From positions 6,076,001 to 6,140,000 of the forward strand of contig CATNEN010000002.1 in NCBI GenBank assembly GCA_950097015.1: DNA of 64,000 nucleotides. The letters are read 5' to 3'. The translations under genes and the position numbers were made by a program. The DNA comes from Macrostomum hystrix (Eukaryota; Animalia; Platyhelminthes). The first letter of the stretch is position 1. Every line of letters begins with the position of its first letter. Positions 1 through 12,750 of this stretch are shown here, piece after piece. Under the pieces are notes generated by a model that saw only the letters and a program-made list of their open reading frames with translations, did no database searches and was not told the origin of the DNA.

Positions 1-2
1 TG

Positions 3-182
3 GTTGAGCAGCCGGAAGAAGACGAAGCAAGTGACACTTGCGCGTGGTCAGCGCAGACGTCGAGCACGGCTCACCGAGCCAGGCCTGGCACTCTCGCTCC
101 TCTGGAGCATGGAGCGTTGGCCCCCGTCTATCTCGGCGACGTCGTGCCGCAATTGACCAGCGCTGAACCAGAAGAAGATTAA
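3..182 (+). CDS. possible terminal coding exon of a gene starting upstream of the window
   Basis: Frame open from window start (VEQPEEDEASDT...SAEPEED*), GC-rich, ends TAA at 182; no recognisable homology. Confidence 0.3.
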   Translation, partial: VEQPEEDEASDTCAWSAQTSSTAHRARPGTLAPLEHGALAPVYLGDVVPQLTSAEPEED

Positions 183-1623
183 GCACCTCAGCTGTTAGCT
201 GTCTGTGGACTGTAGAACTCGGCGCGGATGATCCCACATCCCCATCCAACCTCATTCAAACTATACTCATTCTACATGACTACGAGTTATTAGTTATACA
301 TTAATGATCGGCAATCCCTCTCGACCCTAAAGTTCCTGCCAGGACACCACCACCGCCTTCGAGTAGATCTCGCAGAAGCCCAAGGAGCAGGGCACTCGCC
401 GGGAGAAGCATTATTTAGTGTCATCATTGACAACATCTGGACCTAGCATCCTGGCAACATGGCTGAGTGCCTTCCCCAACGGCAGCCCAACGCGCTGGTC
501 CTGCAGACGCCATGGTCGGCAACGGGAAAGGACAGATTCCATTAGTAGAGGTATTAAAATATTCTAAAATGGAGGGAATACTATACTGGAGAAATTTTCG
601 TGCACTGCAATGCGAATGTAAATGTATAGTGCAATGTAATGCGAATATGCATAAAATAAACTGAATTCATATATCCTGTTTTAATTGAAATGCATAACAA
701 GGCAGGCCATTTATATTAGCTTTGTTTAAGCTAATGAGAATATAAAAAATCACAAAGCAATTATGCTGTACTCAAATGGAGCGCAAGTCGTTTTAGTCCG
801 CGAAATATCACTAACTATCATGCTAAGTTTAAATTCGTGCCAATATCATTTAATATTACTATGTTTGTTTCATTGCGCAAAACATTATTTAATATTCAGC
901 ATTTATTATAAACATGAATCTGAAAACCACAAAAAATAGACGAGAATTCCGAAGGGAGTAACGCGCGTAGCGTAGTATTAACCGCTAACTTAGAAGTTGG
1001 CTCAATCAACCCCACTACGGCGTGAGAGTTTAAAATATCCCCTCAGGGAGAATAAATACAGTAATTAGATATTACAGTGTACAATAATCCTCAGACGATT
1101 GATAACGATTAGGATAAGAAATGTCACAACAACTTTGGTGGCACTAAAATCATAATCGCACGAAGGGAGATAAGCTAGAACCGCAACAACTTTGGTGACA
1201 ATAGTGAGATAAAATACTTTTCTGAGAAGCAAAGGAGAAGACCCACAACAATAATCATGTTTGTTAATCATAATAATAAAATTGTTAGCCTTGCAACCAG
1301 CTGTTTGCAATCCAATGTCCGGAGCGTTTCCCTCGCATGCAGTGATATCACATAGAGCTTTCCTGTCGTCTTGCTGCCATCCAGATCTTGAGATGGGATC
1401 CGAATTGTCAGCCAGATTAGCCAGTGGAAACAGGTTGTGCGGCTTCGATTCTATGTGCGAGCCGCGCAAGTCACCGAAGTACGTACACCGGATGTTATAC
1501 CACGGATGGTGTCCGTGGAATTGGCCGTGGCTCTGGCTGCCCACATAGACTAGGCGATGGTGTCCTGTGGATAAGCTGCGCCTAATACTTTGGCTTGAGC
1601 AGTAAAGTTAGAGAAATTTGCCT

Positions 1624-1852
1624 CCGGGTATCTATATATAGTGGCCTATTTCCACCTGTTGTAGCCCTTGAAGGTCCAGCAAATCCGTCTAGATAGAGGT
1701 AGGTGACCACCAAAGATGGAGATGATGCAGACACATTCGGGTGACATGCTGATAAATTTTGAAGGCCTGGGAAGGCCACACTGAGGCGTAGTGCTAATTT
1801 GTGTATAGGGGTGTATGAAATACACTAGCACCGTTCTGGTGCAGCACAAATA
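1624..1852. mobile_element. unclassified dispersed repeat, copy 1
   Basis: Aligns by eye to 31883-32250 (shared gcccttgaaggtccagc, ggtaggtgaccacc, tttgaaggcctgg, gtgctaatttgtgtat-ggggtgtatgaaatacactagc); a further end-fragment at about 2108-2150. Confidence 0.7.
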
Positions 1853-2723
1853 ACTCCCCCTTGGGGAAACCCCCCCGGGGTAGTTCTACTGCGAAAGTTT
1901 ACGGGTAATCTAATGGTTTTATAGAAATTACGAGTATATTCGCTTTATGCATTTAATCAGCGCAGGTGGGAAAGGTGGCAAAATGCGGGCTAACAGTAAC
2001 AGCGGTTGTAATAAGTGTTCGCCTACCCAGAAGTCCAGATCTCATTGAATTGGCGCCTTTTTATTTTAATTCGATTGGAAATTTTAAAGACATTTTAAAG
2101 TGGGAAAACGTATGTGCTTGCGTTGCTCCGTTCGGGTGGAGCAAAAATAATAGTCGGGAGGGAGTTGTCCCTTGGTATAAAAACGGGCGGCAAAATGGCT
2201 TAGTAGCACTACCAGCTACTGTTAATTAATTGTCCCACTATAGATTATTGTATTTTTTACCAAACAATGAGACTTGCAACTGTGAGCAGGATGGGCTCTG
2301 GGCTGCTCCAGAATTCGTCTGTCTTAAACACATATTCTAGCGAGTCGCGGGAATTTCCTCTGCTTTCTGAGTTCGAATTCCTGTTACGGCGTCCGTTCAC
2401 CCAACCCGCTAAAGCGCTTCTTCGTGCATTGCTCTTAAACAGGGTGTTTCCAAAGCATAGTTGATAACACCGATCACTAAACAAAATTCATGCTATGGGG
2501 CACTGAATCTACACCAACAGGCCCAAAGAATCCCTTTTCAAATGTCTACTTTACTAATTTCATTTTTGCGTATGGCAAAATTTAACAACAGCCAAAGGAC
2601 TTTAGAACAGAGACGCCTGAGATGTCTCATCAGTATCTGCCAGTCCCATCTCCAGCTCAGCACACATTGTACGTTGTACATTGTACGGTGTACAGCACAC
2701 ATTGTCAACCAAACGTACACAGT

Positions 2724-3534
2724 TTAGGAATATTGGAATCCAAAAACCTCTAATTCGCAGATAGACACAGGAATGTTGGACTGTCGATTGAGAATCTTAA
2801 TCTTGCTTCCGTAGCCGTAGCAGGTCAGGTTGACGACGCTGAATGTGGCGAAGGTGTTGTTGTATTGGTTGCACTGAGCTCCGTCCAGAAGCAGGACGAA
2901 GTCTCCAAGTCTCCAAGAGCAGCAGTCGTTTCTGTTGTAGATGGTGACGTAGGAGATGAGCGCAGCGGCAGACAGCTGGCCCTCCCACCATTCGTTGTTT
3001 AGGGCGCCCTGCGTGTGGCTGCAGAAACCACTGAAGAAATATTGGTCTCTGTTTCCGTCCATCGCCTTTTCGCAAGGGCTTCCTTGAGCGATGGAACTCT
3101 GGGCACAGCTGGCAAACGGAAGCTTCTGATTCTCTGTGGGAGAGTGACGTGACATGAGTGCGTCATAAGTTCGATTTGAAATCTCACATCAATTTCTACC
3201 TTGAGATCTAAATTAACAATTCAATTCATTCACCATTAGGTGGTCGGATGAAGATGGTGCACATCGCAGTCCTGCTGGTCCAGTTGCTTGAGTAGAAGGC
3301 CTGAGCACTGATCAGGTGGCAGTGGCTCAGCAGCCAGAAGAATCCGTAGCAGGTCGAGTTGAAGCCGCACAGATAAGCACAGAGCCGCTCAGAGCTGGCG
3401 CCCATCGATTCCTGAGTGACCGACGGAGCTTGGAAGCTGGCGTTCCGGCCGATGATGAAGCCATTGTTGATTGAGGCGGCACCTCTGAGGACACTCAGAA
3501 CTGTTACAACTTGCGAGAAGAGTAGCGGCAACAT
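2724..3534 (-). CDS. secreted protein: signal peptide + PAN/apple-like domain + F5/8 type C (fucolectin/FTP-like) domain, 2 exons
   Basis: Exons 3534-3234 and 3133-2724, with a 100-bp phase-1 GT-AG intron (G|AG=Glu). Hydrophobic N-terminus MLPLLFSQVVTVLSVLRGAAS; PAN-like CAYLCGFNSTCYGF...CHL; fucolectin-like AQSS..KAMDGNRD..FCSHT..EWW..VTIYNRNDCCSWRL..ICELEVFG. Confidence 0.8.
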
Positions 3535-4049
3535 TGTAGCATATCTCTGAGCAAAAAAGTTGTCCCGCTTAGGAGGGAAATAATTTGAGGCCGATATAAT
3601 GAAGCTGAGCAAATATATTGCGATAGGCAGTAGGCAGCTGACAATGACAGGCCTTCAAAAAACTCATTCTAAGTAAGACCTAGTGGGCTGTGTTGGAGAC
3701 CATGACAAAAACAAATTGTTATTTTTAATATAATTTTTTACGACTTTATGTGCAGTTTTTTACTGGGACCTGACCAGTAATTTTTTTAAACTAATTTGCT
3801 TTTAGAAAAAAAACTGTGAAGCATTTTTACTCTCGTCATTCATTTGGTCTGTATATCTGTCGCTGCTTCATCGTCTCTTTAAGTCTGTCTGCTTCTATAG
3901 TAATTTGTAAATAATTTTAAACAGTTTTTTACCTAACTTCTTTTAGGCTGATGTGTTAGTGCTATCGTAACAAAAACTACTACAAAACATTTAGCAAGAT
4001 AAAAATTAGCATATACAATTTTCTGAACAAATACATTAACAATTGCAGC

Positions 4050-4691
4050 AACAGCAGAAACTGCAGAAATCGAAGTTGAAACAGCGCCGTCAGCTGGCGG
4101 GTCAGGATCCGCCGGATTTCAAGTAGCTGCACTGGGGCTTCGGCCAGGAGCTGCTGGCGTCGACTGTGGCCGCTACGGCCGCCACTGGAGGTCGGATAGC
4201 GACCAGAACCAATGCGATCTTCGACTAAGGTATGTTTGACAGCGTTGAGTAGTTGAGGGCTACTTACAGTCAGGGCTAATTGACAGTCAGTGCTACTGAC
4301 AGTCAGGGCTAACAGACAGTGACACTGTCAGTGTCTAATAGCTAATAAAATTCCCACCTGTCCATCTTAGGTGGGTCCGGACGTTGCCACGCGCTCAAAG
4401 CGCACTCTAATTCGTCACGAGGAGGCACCGCCAGCGCGACTGACTCAGTCGGCGATGCTGCGCGAAGCTCGCCGCAGCGCCGAGCGTCAGGCGGAGGAGC
4501 GGCGCCAGCGAGAAGCCCGATCGACAGCCACGCAGCGCGAAGTTGCCAGGCGCGACCTGGCGGAGTCCGTGCGGGCCAGCGTGAGCATGGCGGCAGCGAA
4601 CTCGGGACCTAGCGTGAATGAGCTCACACGGAGCAGGCTGGAGAGTCTGAGGTTGGTTGAAATTAGCTACACCTGCAACCCTGCTTTCTAA
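4050..4691 (+). other. GC-rich exon-like blocks of uncertain gene (possible coiled-coil product)
   Basis: Donor-like AG|gtatgt near 4230, acceptor-like catcttag near 4370, and an ORF rich in E/R/Q/A; no start codon or homology established. Confidence 0.25.
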
Positions 4692-5855
4692 TTACCAAGG
4701 AGTATCGAAGTACCTGCAACCCAAGTCCTTAATTTCTCAGAGGTGAGGGAAGCTATCACACCTGCAACCCTCTCCCTAATTACCTGGAAGGTGTGAAAGT
4801 TATCGTGTAATTCGCCTCACACTGTGAGAAGCACGCGCAAGCTAGTCCACTTTGTTTTGTCTCGCCCCGCCAGACCACGCTCCGCTTGTTCAGTTAGGTA
4901 GCTTTCGGCGCTACGCGTCTTGAGAGTGCGCCGCTGACAAGGGTGGTCTAGATAGGCGCTTGTTGTCGAAGTCAGTACGTGCTCTCTTCGGAGACTCCGC
5001 CGTCAGGCAGAAGGAGTGCCAACCGATAGGATCTGTCGGGGCCAGTTTAAGTAAAATTGTTATATCCAATTTCCCCGGACCAAGTTTTGCTTTTCACTGT
5101 GAGCGCGCTATAATTTATTTCCGTGTGAATATCCTCATTCTGTCAGTGTAACTTTTAAAACAATTTGAGCAAGTAAACTACGAGATCTCGTAGATTCAAA
5201 TCAATTCCTATTCTTATCTGGAGTCGGCGAGTCACAAAAAACAAATTAAACCACTCCCAATCAATTTATTCGAGTCTTCGTGTTCATACTGTGTTATTTT
5301 TTTTTCATTGGGAGTTTCGCCAGGCCGGAGGACGACACGCGGGTCTCATCGCTTATCTATTCCGCTTCGCTCGCTACCCCAGTCTCTAACGCTATTTAAT
5401 TTCAGATTTCCCTGCTGCTATTGAAACGATTGGTAGGACACCGACCCCGGTGAATAGTGAATAGTCGCTAGCTTTAAATTCCTCACGCTCCAGCTAGGAC
5501 ATTCATTTTATTACACTGGGAACTGGGAAATGGGAACTGGGAACTGGGAACTGGGAAATCTCCCGTCCCACCTATCCTTCCCTTGTGACATCCAGTTAGT
5601 TGCCTCTCTTTGAAATTAAAATTGGAGATAGAAAACGTACTTTTTCTGCTATAATATCATATACAGCGCTGTTTCCTTTCAGGGGTGTTGCACAATTAAA
5701 TTAAATTGGGAGAGCAGACAAGCTCACAACAATTTTACAATTGCCAGCTTCATTTTAATATTATGATAGGAATTTTAAATCGATGTCTGCCAACCCACCG
5801 CCTCCATTACTTTGCCTATCAGCCTCGTACACTCCACAGTCACCCGTATACCCTA

Positions 5856-6813
5856 CCTGTCACCCCTGTGCCTTCCCTGTCACCCCTGTGCCTTCCCTGG
5901 CACACCTGTGCCTTCCCTGGCACACCTGTGCCTTCCCTGGCACACCTGTGCCTTCCCTGTCACCCCTGTGCCTTCCCTGTCACCCCTGTGCCTTCCCTGG
6001 CACATCTGTGCCTTCCCTGCACCCCTGTGCCTTCCCTGTCACCCCTGTGCCTTCCCTGTCACTTCAGTGCCTTTCCTGTCACTCCAGTGCCTTTCCTGTC
6101 ACTCCAGTGCCTTTCCCGTCACTCCAGTGCCTTTCCTGTCACTCCAGTTCCTTCCCTGTCACTCCAGTTCCTTTCCTGTCACTCCAGTTCCTTCCCTGTC
6201 ACTCCAGTGCCTTCCCTGTCACTCCAGTGCCTTCCCTGTCACTCCAGTTCCTTCCCTGTCACTCCAGTGCCTTTCCTGTCACTCCAGTGCCTTCCCTGTC
6301 ACTCCAGTGCCTTCCCTGTCACTCCAGTTCCTTCCCTGTCACTCCAGTGCCTTTCCTGTCACCCCTGTGCCTTCCCTGTCACTTCAGTGCCTTCCCTGTC
6401 ACTCCAGTTCCTTCCCTGTCACTTCAGTGCCTTTCCTGTCACTCCAGTGCCTTTCCTGTCACTCCAGTGCCTTTCCCGTCACTCCAGTGCCTTTCCTGTC
6501 ACTCCAGTTCCTTCCCGGTCACTCCAGTTCCTTTCCTGTCACTCCAGTTCCTTCCCTGTCACTCCAGTGCCTTCCCTGTCACTCCAGTGCCTTCCCTGTC
6601 ACTCCAGTTCCTTCCCTGTCACTCCAGTGCCTTTCCTGTCACCCCTGTGCCTTCCCTGTCACTTCAGTGCCTTCCCTGTCACTCCAGTTCCTTCCCTGTC
6701 ACTTCAGTGCCTTTCCTGTCACTCCAGTGCCTTTCCTGTCACTCCAGTGCCTTTCCTGTCACTCCAGTGCCTTTCCTGTCACTCCAGTGCCTTTCCTGTC
6801 ACTCCAGTGCCTT
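5856..6813. repeat. 20-bp minisatellite (GTCACTCCAGTGCCTTTCCT)
   Basis: Direct tandem array of about 47 units. Confidence 0.95.
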
Positions 6814-7008
6814 ATGAAGGTCTCACCTGAACAGAAAATATGAAACTCTGAAAAAATTATGCTTATATAAATCTAATAGATTGTTTTACCGATAAAAGTT
6901 TAAGCAGTCCAAATTGCAATTATACAAGAATATAACCCAGTAACCAGCATGCCTGTATTAAGCACAAAGCATCAATCAATAATCTGTCACAATGTTTCCC
7001 GTCTATCA

Positions 7009-7638
7009 TCAGGCCAGCAGCGGCATCTCATCCTTCTGAGCCAAATCCGCCTTGTTGAAGTACAAGATCTGCTTGCCGAGTAGCAGGCAAATGAGAAACA
7101 CTGTCCTGACGTACAACGCAGCCTTGGCAAAGTCTAGGAGACTGTTGTTGCAGTACTGATAGCTGTAACTGGGAAGGGTGGTAGTCAGCGATCTGACATC
7201 CTCGTTGATGTGCAGCGCGTCAGCTTTGTACACGAAGCCGAAGCCGCAGACGAGCCACATGCAGCTGGTGACAGCCAAGCTGATGGTGGCGCCAACATGG
7301 CACTCTCTATAACTGACGCAGCAGCGCCTTTGGCAGTGGCCGAACACGGACAGCAGGTTCGCCACACTCAACAGGCACAGGGCGATGCCAAGGCAGCCGC
7401 TGCAGACCAAGTAGATGGGCACCAGCTTCTCGATCGGACAGGAGTCCCAGAACTGCGCGCCGAGAGCAATCTCAACTACTGAGAATGGGATGAGCAACAG
7501 GACAAGAATGGCTAGGATGGACGCTAGCACTAGGCGTGGCGGCCCGCACCTCGGCTTTCGAGGTCGCGGTCGGGTCTGCGACTGCGCAGTCCTGTCCGCT
7601 GCGTTGCCACGGGCGTGACCATTGTTAGCATGGATCAT
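7009..7638 (-). CDS. intronless four-TM membrane protein, TMEM272-like
   Basis: 209-aa ORF with four hydrophobic segments; IALGAQFWDSCPIEKLVPIYLVCSG matches the TMEM272-family G..Y...CP....IPIYL..G pattern. Confidence 0.7.
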   Translation of the reverse strand: MIHANNGHARGNAADRTAQSQTRPRPRKPRCGPPRLVLASILAILVLLLIPFSVVEIALGAQFWDSCPIEKLVPIYLVCSGCLGIALCLLSVANLLSVFGHCQRRCCVSYRECHVGATISLAVTSCMWLVCGFGFVYKADALHINEDVRSLTTTLPSYSYQYCNNSLLDFAKAALYVRTVFLICLLLGKQILYFNKADLAQKDEMPLLA

Positions 7639-8262
7639 GACTGAGACACTGCTGCTGAGCCTGCGCTTGTTGCTAGGCCGAATAATTTAACCCACCGAGC
7701 TGTCCGCTTGATGGCATTGTTCTGCTCTCACTGCTCTCACCTGCCCTCGCAGCCTCCCCTGCATCTTGTTGGCTGCTTGTGCTTTGCGTGTACACCCGAA
7801 GATTGGAGTAGTTGTAATAGCTCTAGACTTTCCTGAACAAAGTCTCTACTGCACGAGCAGTCACTACATAGCCCACTGATAACCGCCTTATATTGCAGAT
7901 CTTTCTAACCCAGGTGCTTTTGGAGAAGAATGCACATGAGGAGTGCCAACATTGGACATACAAGCGTGCATTCTCACATAAAACATAGGATTTCATCGCA
8001 CAAATTCAATTTTTCCCAAAAATAAAATCCCCGATCAATCATTTCTAAATTCCTGCAACCGCCTCAGCACAATACAGGGGCGGAATCCTTATCGTGAGAC
8101 AATGCACAACAGATACAGGATGTAAGTTGTCAAAAAAATTTACAAACTTTGCGAATGAAATCGATCAAGATCTCAAACCGCAATTACTATTAATTGGAAT
8201 TGCAAGCGACTGTCGTGCATATTTGGAATATATAAAATATGCAAGAGAAAGTTTTCGTGCTT

Positions 8263-11250
8263 AGTCCCAGCACAGTCTTTAGTGTGTCACATTCCCTGCA
8301 CACAGTATTTGGTGTGTCACAGTCCCAGCACACAGTATTTGGTGTGTCACAGTCCCAGCACACAGTATTTAGTGTGTCACAGTCCCAGCACACAGTAGTT
8401 GGTGTGTCACAGTCCCAGCACACAGTAGTTGGTGTGTCACAGTCCCAGCACACAGTAGTTGGTGTGTCACAGTCCCAGCACGCAGTATTTGGTGTGTCAC
8501 AGTCCCAGCACACAGTAGTTGGTGTGTCACAGTCCCAGCACACAGTATTTGGTGTGTCACAGTCCCAGCACACAGTAGTTGGTGTGTCACAGTCCCAGCA
8601 CACAGTAGTTGGTGTGTCACAGTCCCAGCACACAGTAGTTGGTGTGTCACAGTCCCAGCACACAGTAGTTGGTGTGTCACAGTCCCAGCACACAGTAGTT
8701 GGTGTGTCACAGTCCCAGCACACAGTATTTAGTGTGTCACAGTCCCAGCACACAGTAGTTGGTGTGTCACAGTCCCAGCACACAGTATTTGGTGTGTCAC
8801 AGTCCCAGCACACAGTAGTTGGTGTGTCACAGTCCCAGCACACAGTATTTGGTGTGTCACAGTCCCAGCACACAGTATTTGGTGTGTCACAGTCCCAGCA
8901 CACAGTATTTGGTGTGCCACATTCCCAGCACACAGTATTTGGTGTGTCACAGTCCCAGCACGCAGCATTTGGTGTGTCACAGTCCCAGCACACAGCATTT
9001 GGTGTGTCACAGTCCCAGCACACAGTATTTGGTGTGTCACAGTCCCAGCACACAGTATTTGGTGTGTCACAGTCCCAGCACGCAGTATTTGGTGTGTCAC
9101 AGTCCCAGCACACAGTATTTGGTGTGTCACAGTCCCAGCACACAGTAGTTGGTGTGTCACAGTCCCAGCACACAGTATTTAGTGTGTCACAGTCCCAGCA
9201 CACAGTATTTGGTGTGTCACAGTCCCAGCACACAGCATTTGGTGTGTCACAGTCCCAGCACACAGTATTTGGTGTGTCACAGCCCCAGCACACAGTATTT
9301 GGTGTGCCACATTCCCAGCACACAGTATTTGGTGTGTCACAGTCCCAGCACGCAGCATTTGGTGTGTCACAGTCCCAGCACACAGTATTTGGTGTGTCAC
9401 AGTCCCAGCACACAGTATTTGGTGTGTCACAGTCCCAGCACACAGTAGTTGGTGTGTCACAGTCCCAGCACACAGTAGTTGGTGTGTCACAGTCCCAGCA
9501 CACAGTAGTTGGTGTGTCACAGTCCCAGCACACAGTAGTTGGTGTGTCACAGTCCCAGCACACAGTAGTTGGTGTGTCACAGTCCCAGCACACAGCATTT
9601 GGTGTGTCACAGTCCCAGCACACAGTAGTTGGTGTGTCACAGTCCCAGCACACAGTATTTGGTGTGTCACAGTCCCAGCACACAGTAGTTGGTGTGTCAC
9701 AGTCCCAGCACACAGTATTTGGTGTGTCACAGTCCCAGCACACAGTAGTTGGTGTGTCACAGTCCCAGCACACAGTATTTGGTGTGTCACAGTCCCAGCA
9801 CGCAGCATTTGGTGTGTCACAGTCCCAGCACACAGTATTTGGTGTGTCACAGTCCCAGCACACAGTATTTGGTGTGTCACAGTCCCAGCACACAGTAGTT
9901 GGTGTGTCACAGTCCCAGCACACAGTAGTTGGTGTGTCACAGTCCCAGCACACAGTAGTTGGTGTGTCACAGTCCCAGCACACAGTAGTTGGTGTGTCAC
10001 AGTCCCAGCACACAGTAGTTGGTGTGTCACAGTCCCAGCACACAGCATTTGGTGTGTCACAGTCCCAGCACACAGTAGTTGGTGTGTCACAGTCCCAGCA
10101 CACAGTATTTGGTGTGTCACAGTCCCAGCACACAGTAGTTGGTGTGTCACAGTCCCAGCACACAGTATTTGGTGTGTCACAGTCCCAGCACACAGTAGTT
10201 GGTGTGTCACAGTCCCAGCACACAGTATTTGGTGTGTCACAGTCCCAGCACACAGTATTTGGTGTGTCACAGTCCCAGCACACAGTATTTGGTGTGTCAC
10301 AGTCCCAGCACACAGTATTTGGTGTGTCACAGTCCCAGCACACAGTAGTTGGTGTGTCACAGTCCCAGCACACAGTAGTTGGTGTGTCACAGTCCCAGCA
10401 CACAGTATTTGGTGTGTCACAGTCCCAGCACACAGTAGTTGGTGTGTCACAGTCCCAGCACACAGTAGTTGGTGTGTCACAGTCCCAGCACACAGTAGTT
10501 GGTGTGTCACAGTCCCAGCACACAGCATTTGGTGTGTCACAGTCCCAGCACACAGTAGTTGGTGTGTCACAGTCCCAGCACACAGTATTTGGTGTCACAG
10601 TCCCAGCACACAGTAGTTGGTGTGTCACAGTCCCAGCACACAGTATTTGGTGTGTCACAGTCCCAGCACACAGTAGTTGGTGTGTCACAGTCCCAGCACA
10701 CAGTATTTGGTGTGTCACAGTCCCAGCACACAGTAGTTGGTGTGTCACAGTCCCAGCACACAGTAGTTGGTGTGTCACAGTCCCAGCACACAGTATTTGG
10801 TGTGTCACAGTCCCAGCACACAGTATTTGGTGTGTCACAGTCCCAGCACACAGTATTTGGTGTGTCACAGTCCCAGCACACAGTATTTGGTGTGTCACAG
10901 TCCCAGCACACAGTATTTGGTGTGTCACAGTCCCAGCACACAGTATTTGGTGTGTCACAGTCCCAGCACACAGTATTTGGTGTGTCACAGTCCCAGCACA
11001 CAGTATTTGGTGTGTCACAGTCCCAGCACACAGTAGTTGGTGTGTCACAGTCCCAGCACACAGTAGTTGGTGTGTCACAGTCCCAGCACACAGTAGTTGG
11101 TGTGTCACAGTCCCAGCACACAGCATTTGGTGTGTCACAGTCCCAGCACACAGTATTTGGTGTGTCACAGCCCCAGCACACAGTATTTGGTGTGTCACAG
11201 TCCCAGCACACAGTATTTGGTGTGTCACAGTCCCAGCACACAGTATTTGA
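8263..11250. repeat. 30-bp satellite (GGTGTGTCACAGTCCCAGCACACAGTATTT), about 99 units
   Basis: Near-perfect tandem array; 2-nt deletion near 10591. Confidence 0.98.
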
Positions 11251-11705
11251 GCAGTCACATTCAGTTGCTGTGACATTTAGTCATTGTAAATCCAGTTGGT
11301 TTGTTAAGCCTATCTGAGTTTTTAGTTTTTTTTCTGCAAGCATGCTAATGACTACAGCTACGCTGTCTCATCAATAGCTGAAGTTCTGACATTTCTATTG
11401 GGACAATTTGAATATAGCCCCACATAAAATCATTTTTGGCGACTTTTTGTGTGCGTTTGTTGGGAGAGAAATATTGAATTGGGATAATTAATAAATATGT
11501 ATAATTTATGCCCTTTCAAGCTTCTCACTCAGTACCTGCTCAGCGAACCTACCCACGAAAAAAACTGGATTTTAATATTTTCTAATTTTTTTTGACAGTT
11601 CTGTTAAAGGTATGTGGTGCCCATGCTCATAATTTATAGAGTTTGTTTGCATCATGCAGAATTCGAGCATGAATGTCGCTTTAGTAGACAAAAATTGATA
11701 TATAT

Positions 11706-11776
11706 TGGAGTAGGGAATCGAACCCCTGACCTTCAAGTTGTGAGTCTGATCACTAGTATCTAACCACCTAAGCTAA
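11706..11776 (-). mobile_element. tRNA-derived SINE head (family A)
   Basis: Reverse complement reads tagcttaggtggttag...ttgaaggtcaggggttcgattcc (A and B boxes); similar to 31760, 42531, 62160 and 62445. Confidence 0.7.
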
Positions 11777-11849
11777 AAACCCACTGAAACATTTTTACAG
11801 AGAAAAAGCTGATTGAACGGTGCACGACAGATAAGAACTGGTAGATCAA

Positions 11850-12430
11850 AAAGATGTGTTTTGCACAAGTGTTTTAACTTTCGATATGCTTGCTACTGCG
11901 TTTGGCTCCGAGTGCACCAGGCTGAAGAAGTTGCCGATCTCTGCCACCGTCATTGTGTCGTTCATGATGGCGGCGGCCCGGACAACGCCCTGGAGCACCT
12001 TGGCGAATCCGTTAGCAAAACAGAGGCCAACGCAGGTGTAATTATCAAAGACGACAGTGTTTGTCCAGGTGTCCAGGGGTCGAATGTGAGCGTGTCAGAA
12101 TGTGCCATGTACGCTGAGCCGCTCACGGAACGCCTGGCGAAGTACAGGCCTCGATAATTGGCTGCTCCGTCCCACAAAGAAGCGCCTCGGAGCGCATTGT
12201 TAGCCAACGCGTCCACGAGGTGTCAGACTGCGATGTACTGGAACAGCGAGCACTGGCGGGTGTCCGCATTGAACTGGGCCACCAGCAGACCGCTGAAGTC
12301 ACTCGAGATCAGCAGGCACTCGGATTCCAGTTGGGCCATCGCGGTCTGCAGCGCCAAGGAATTCGGCAGGCACTGCTGGATGCCAACTCTCTGCCAGCGA
12401 CAGTGAGCCAGTTGAGCAGCGGTGAGCACA
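11850..12430 (-). pseudogene. disrupted ORF, PAN-like (possibly lectin-like) secreted protein
   Basis: Hydrophobic FYLIAVLTAAQLAHC, then a Cys pattern ending QFNADTRQCSLF, an in-frame TGA at 12223-12225, continued coding-like sequence and an apparent frameshift after WTPGQ. Confidence 0.3.
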
Positions 12431-12750
12431 GCAATCAGGTAGAAGTCTGAGTTGCAAGGAGACGGGTAAGCCAGGAATCGATTCAGGAGTGACTTACACA
12501 GCCAGTCAATTGATAAAAAATAACTTACAGCCTCTCAAATCCATGAAACACGATTGTAGGAACTTGCTCTGTTTGAATCAGTTGAGGTAAACTAAGTATT
12601 TGGCTTCCTGAACGAAATTGACTACAGCGGTGGATTAAGAATATAATTTTTTAAACAATTATCATGAGCTATGCCAATAGATATATGCTAACTACACACT
12701 TGTGTTGGAGAAATAAAATACAAGATACTATTCTTCAAAATAAAACTTAA

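Noticed and set aside
360-450. Possible RT motif relic (QGAGHSPGEALFSVIIDNI)
   Set aside because: Spacing is wrong relative to QG..LSP.LF and there are no supporting neighbouring motifs.
1065-1548. Overlapping 159-aa and 95-aa ORFs
   Set aside because: No recognisable domain or splice context; the AT-rich half looks non-coding.
8263-11250. CRISPR-like appearance of regular arrays (also 22636-24197)
   Set aside because: No unique spacers, no cas genes, and a eukaryotic intron-exon context.
5706-11317. Long ORFs (343-1028 aa) over the 20-bp and 30-bp arrays, including the Cys-rich VCWDCDTP repeat
   Set aside because: Open in several frames on both strands because the unit lacks stops; no unique coding flanks or splice context.
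11706-11776. tRNA genes at the A/B-box sites (also 31760, 42531, 43791, 44701, 62445)
   Set aside because: No complete cloverleaf or acceptor stem; the copies are diverged and followed by shared non-tRNA bodies, so they are SINEs.
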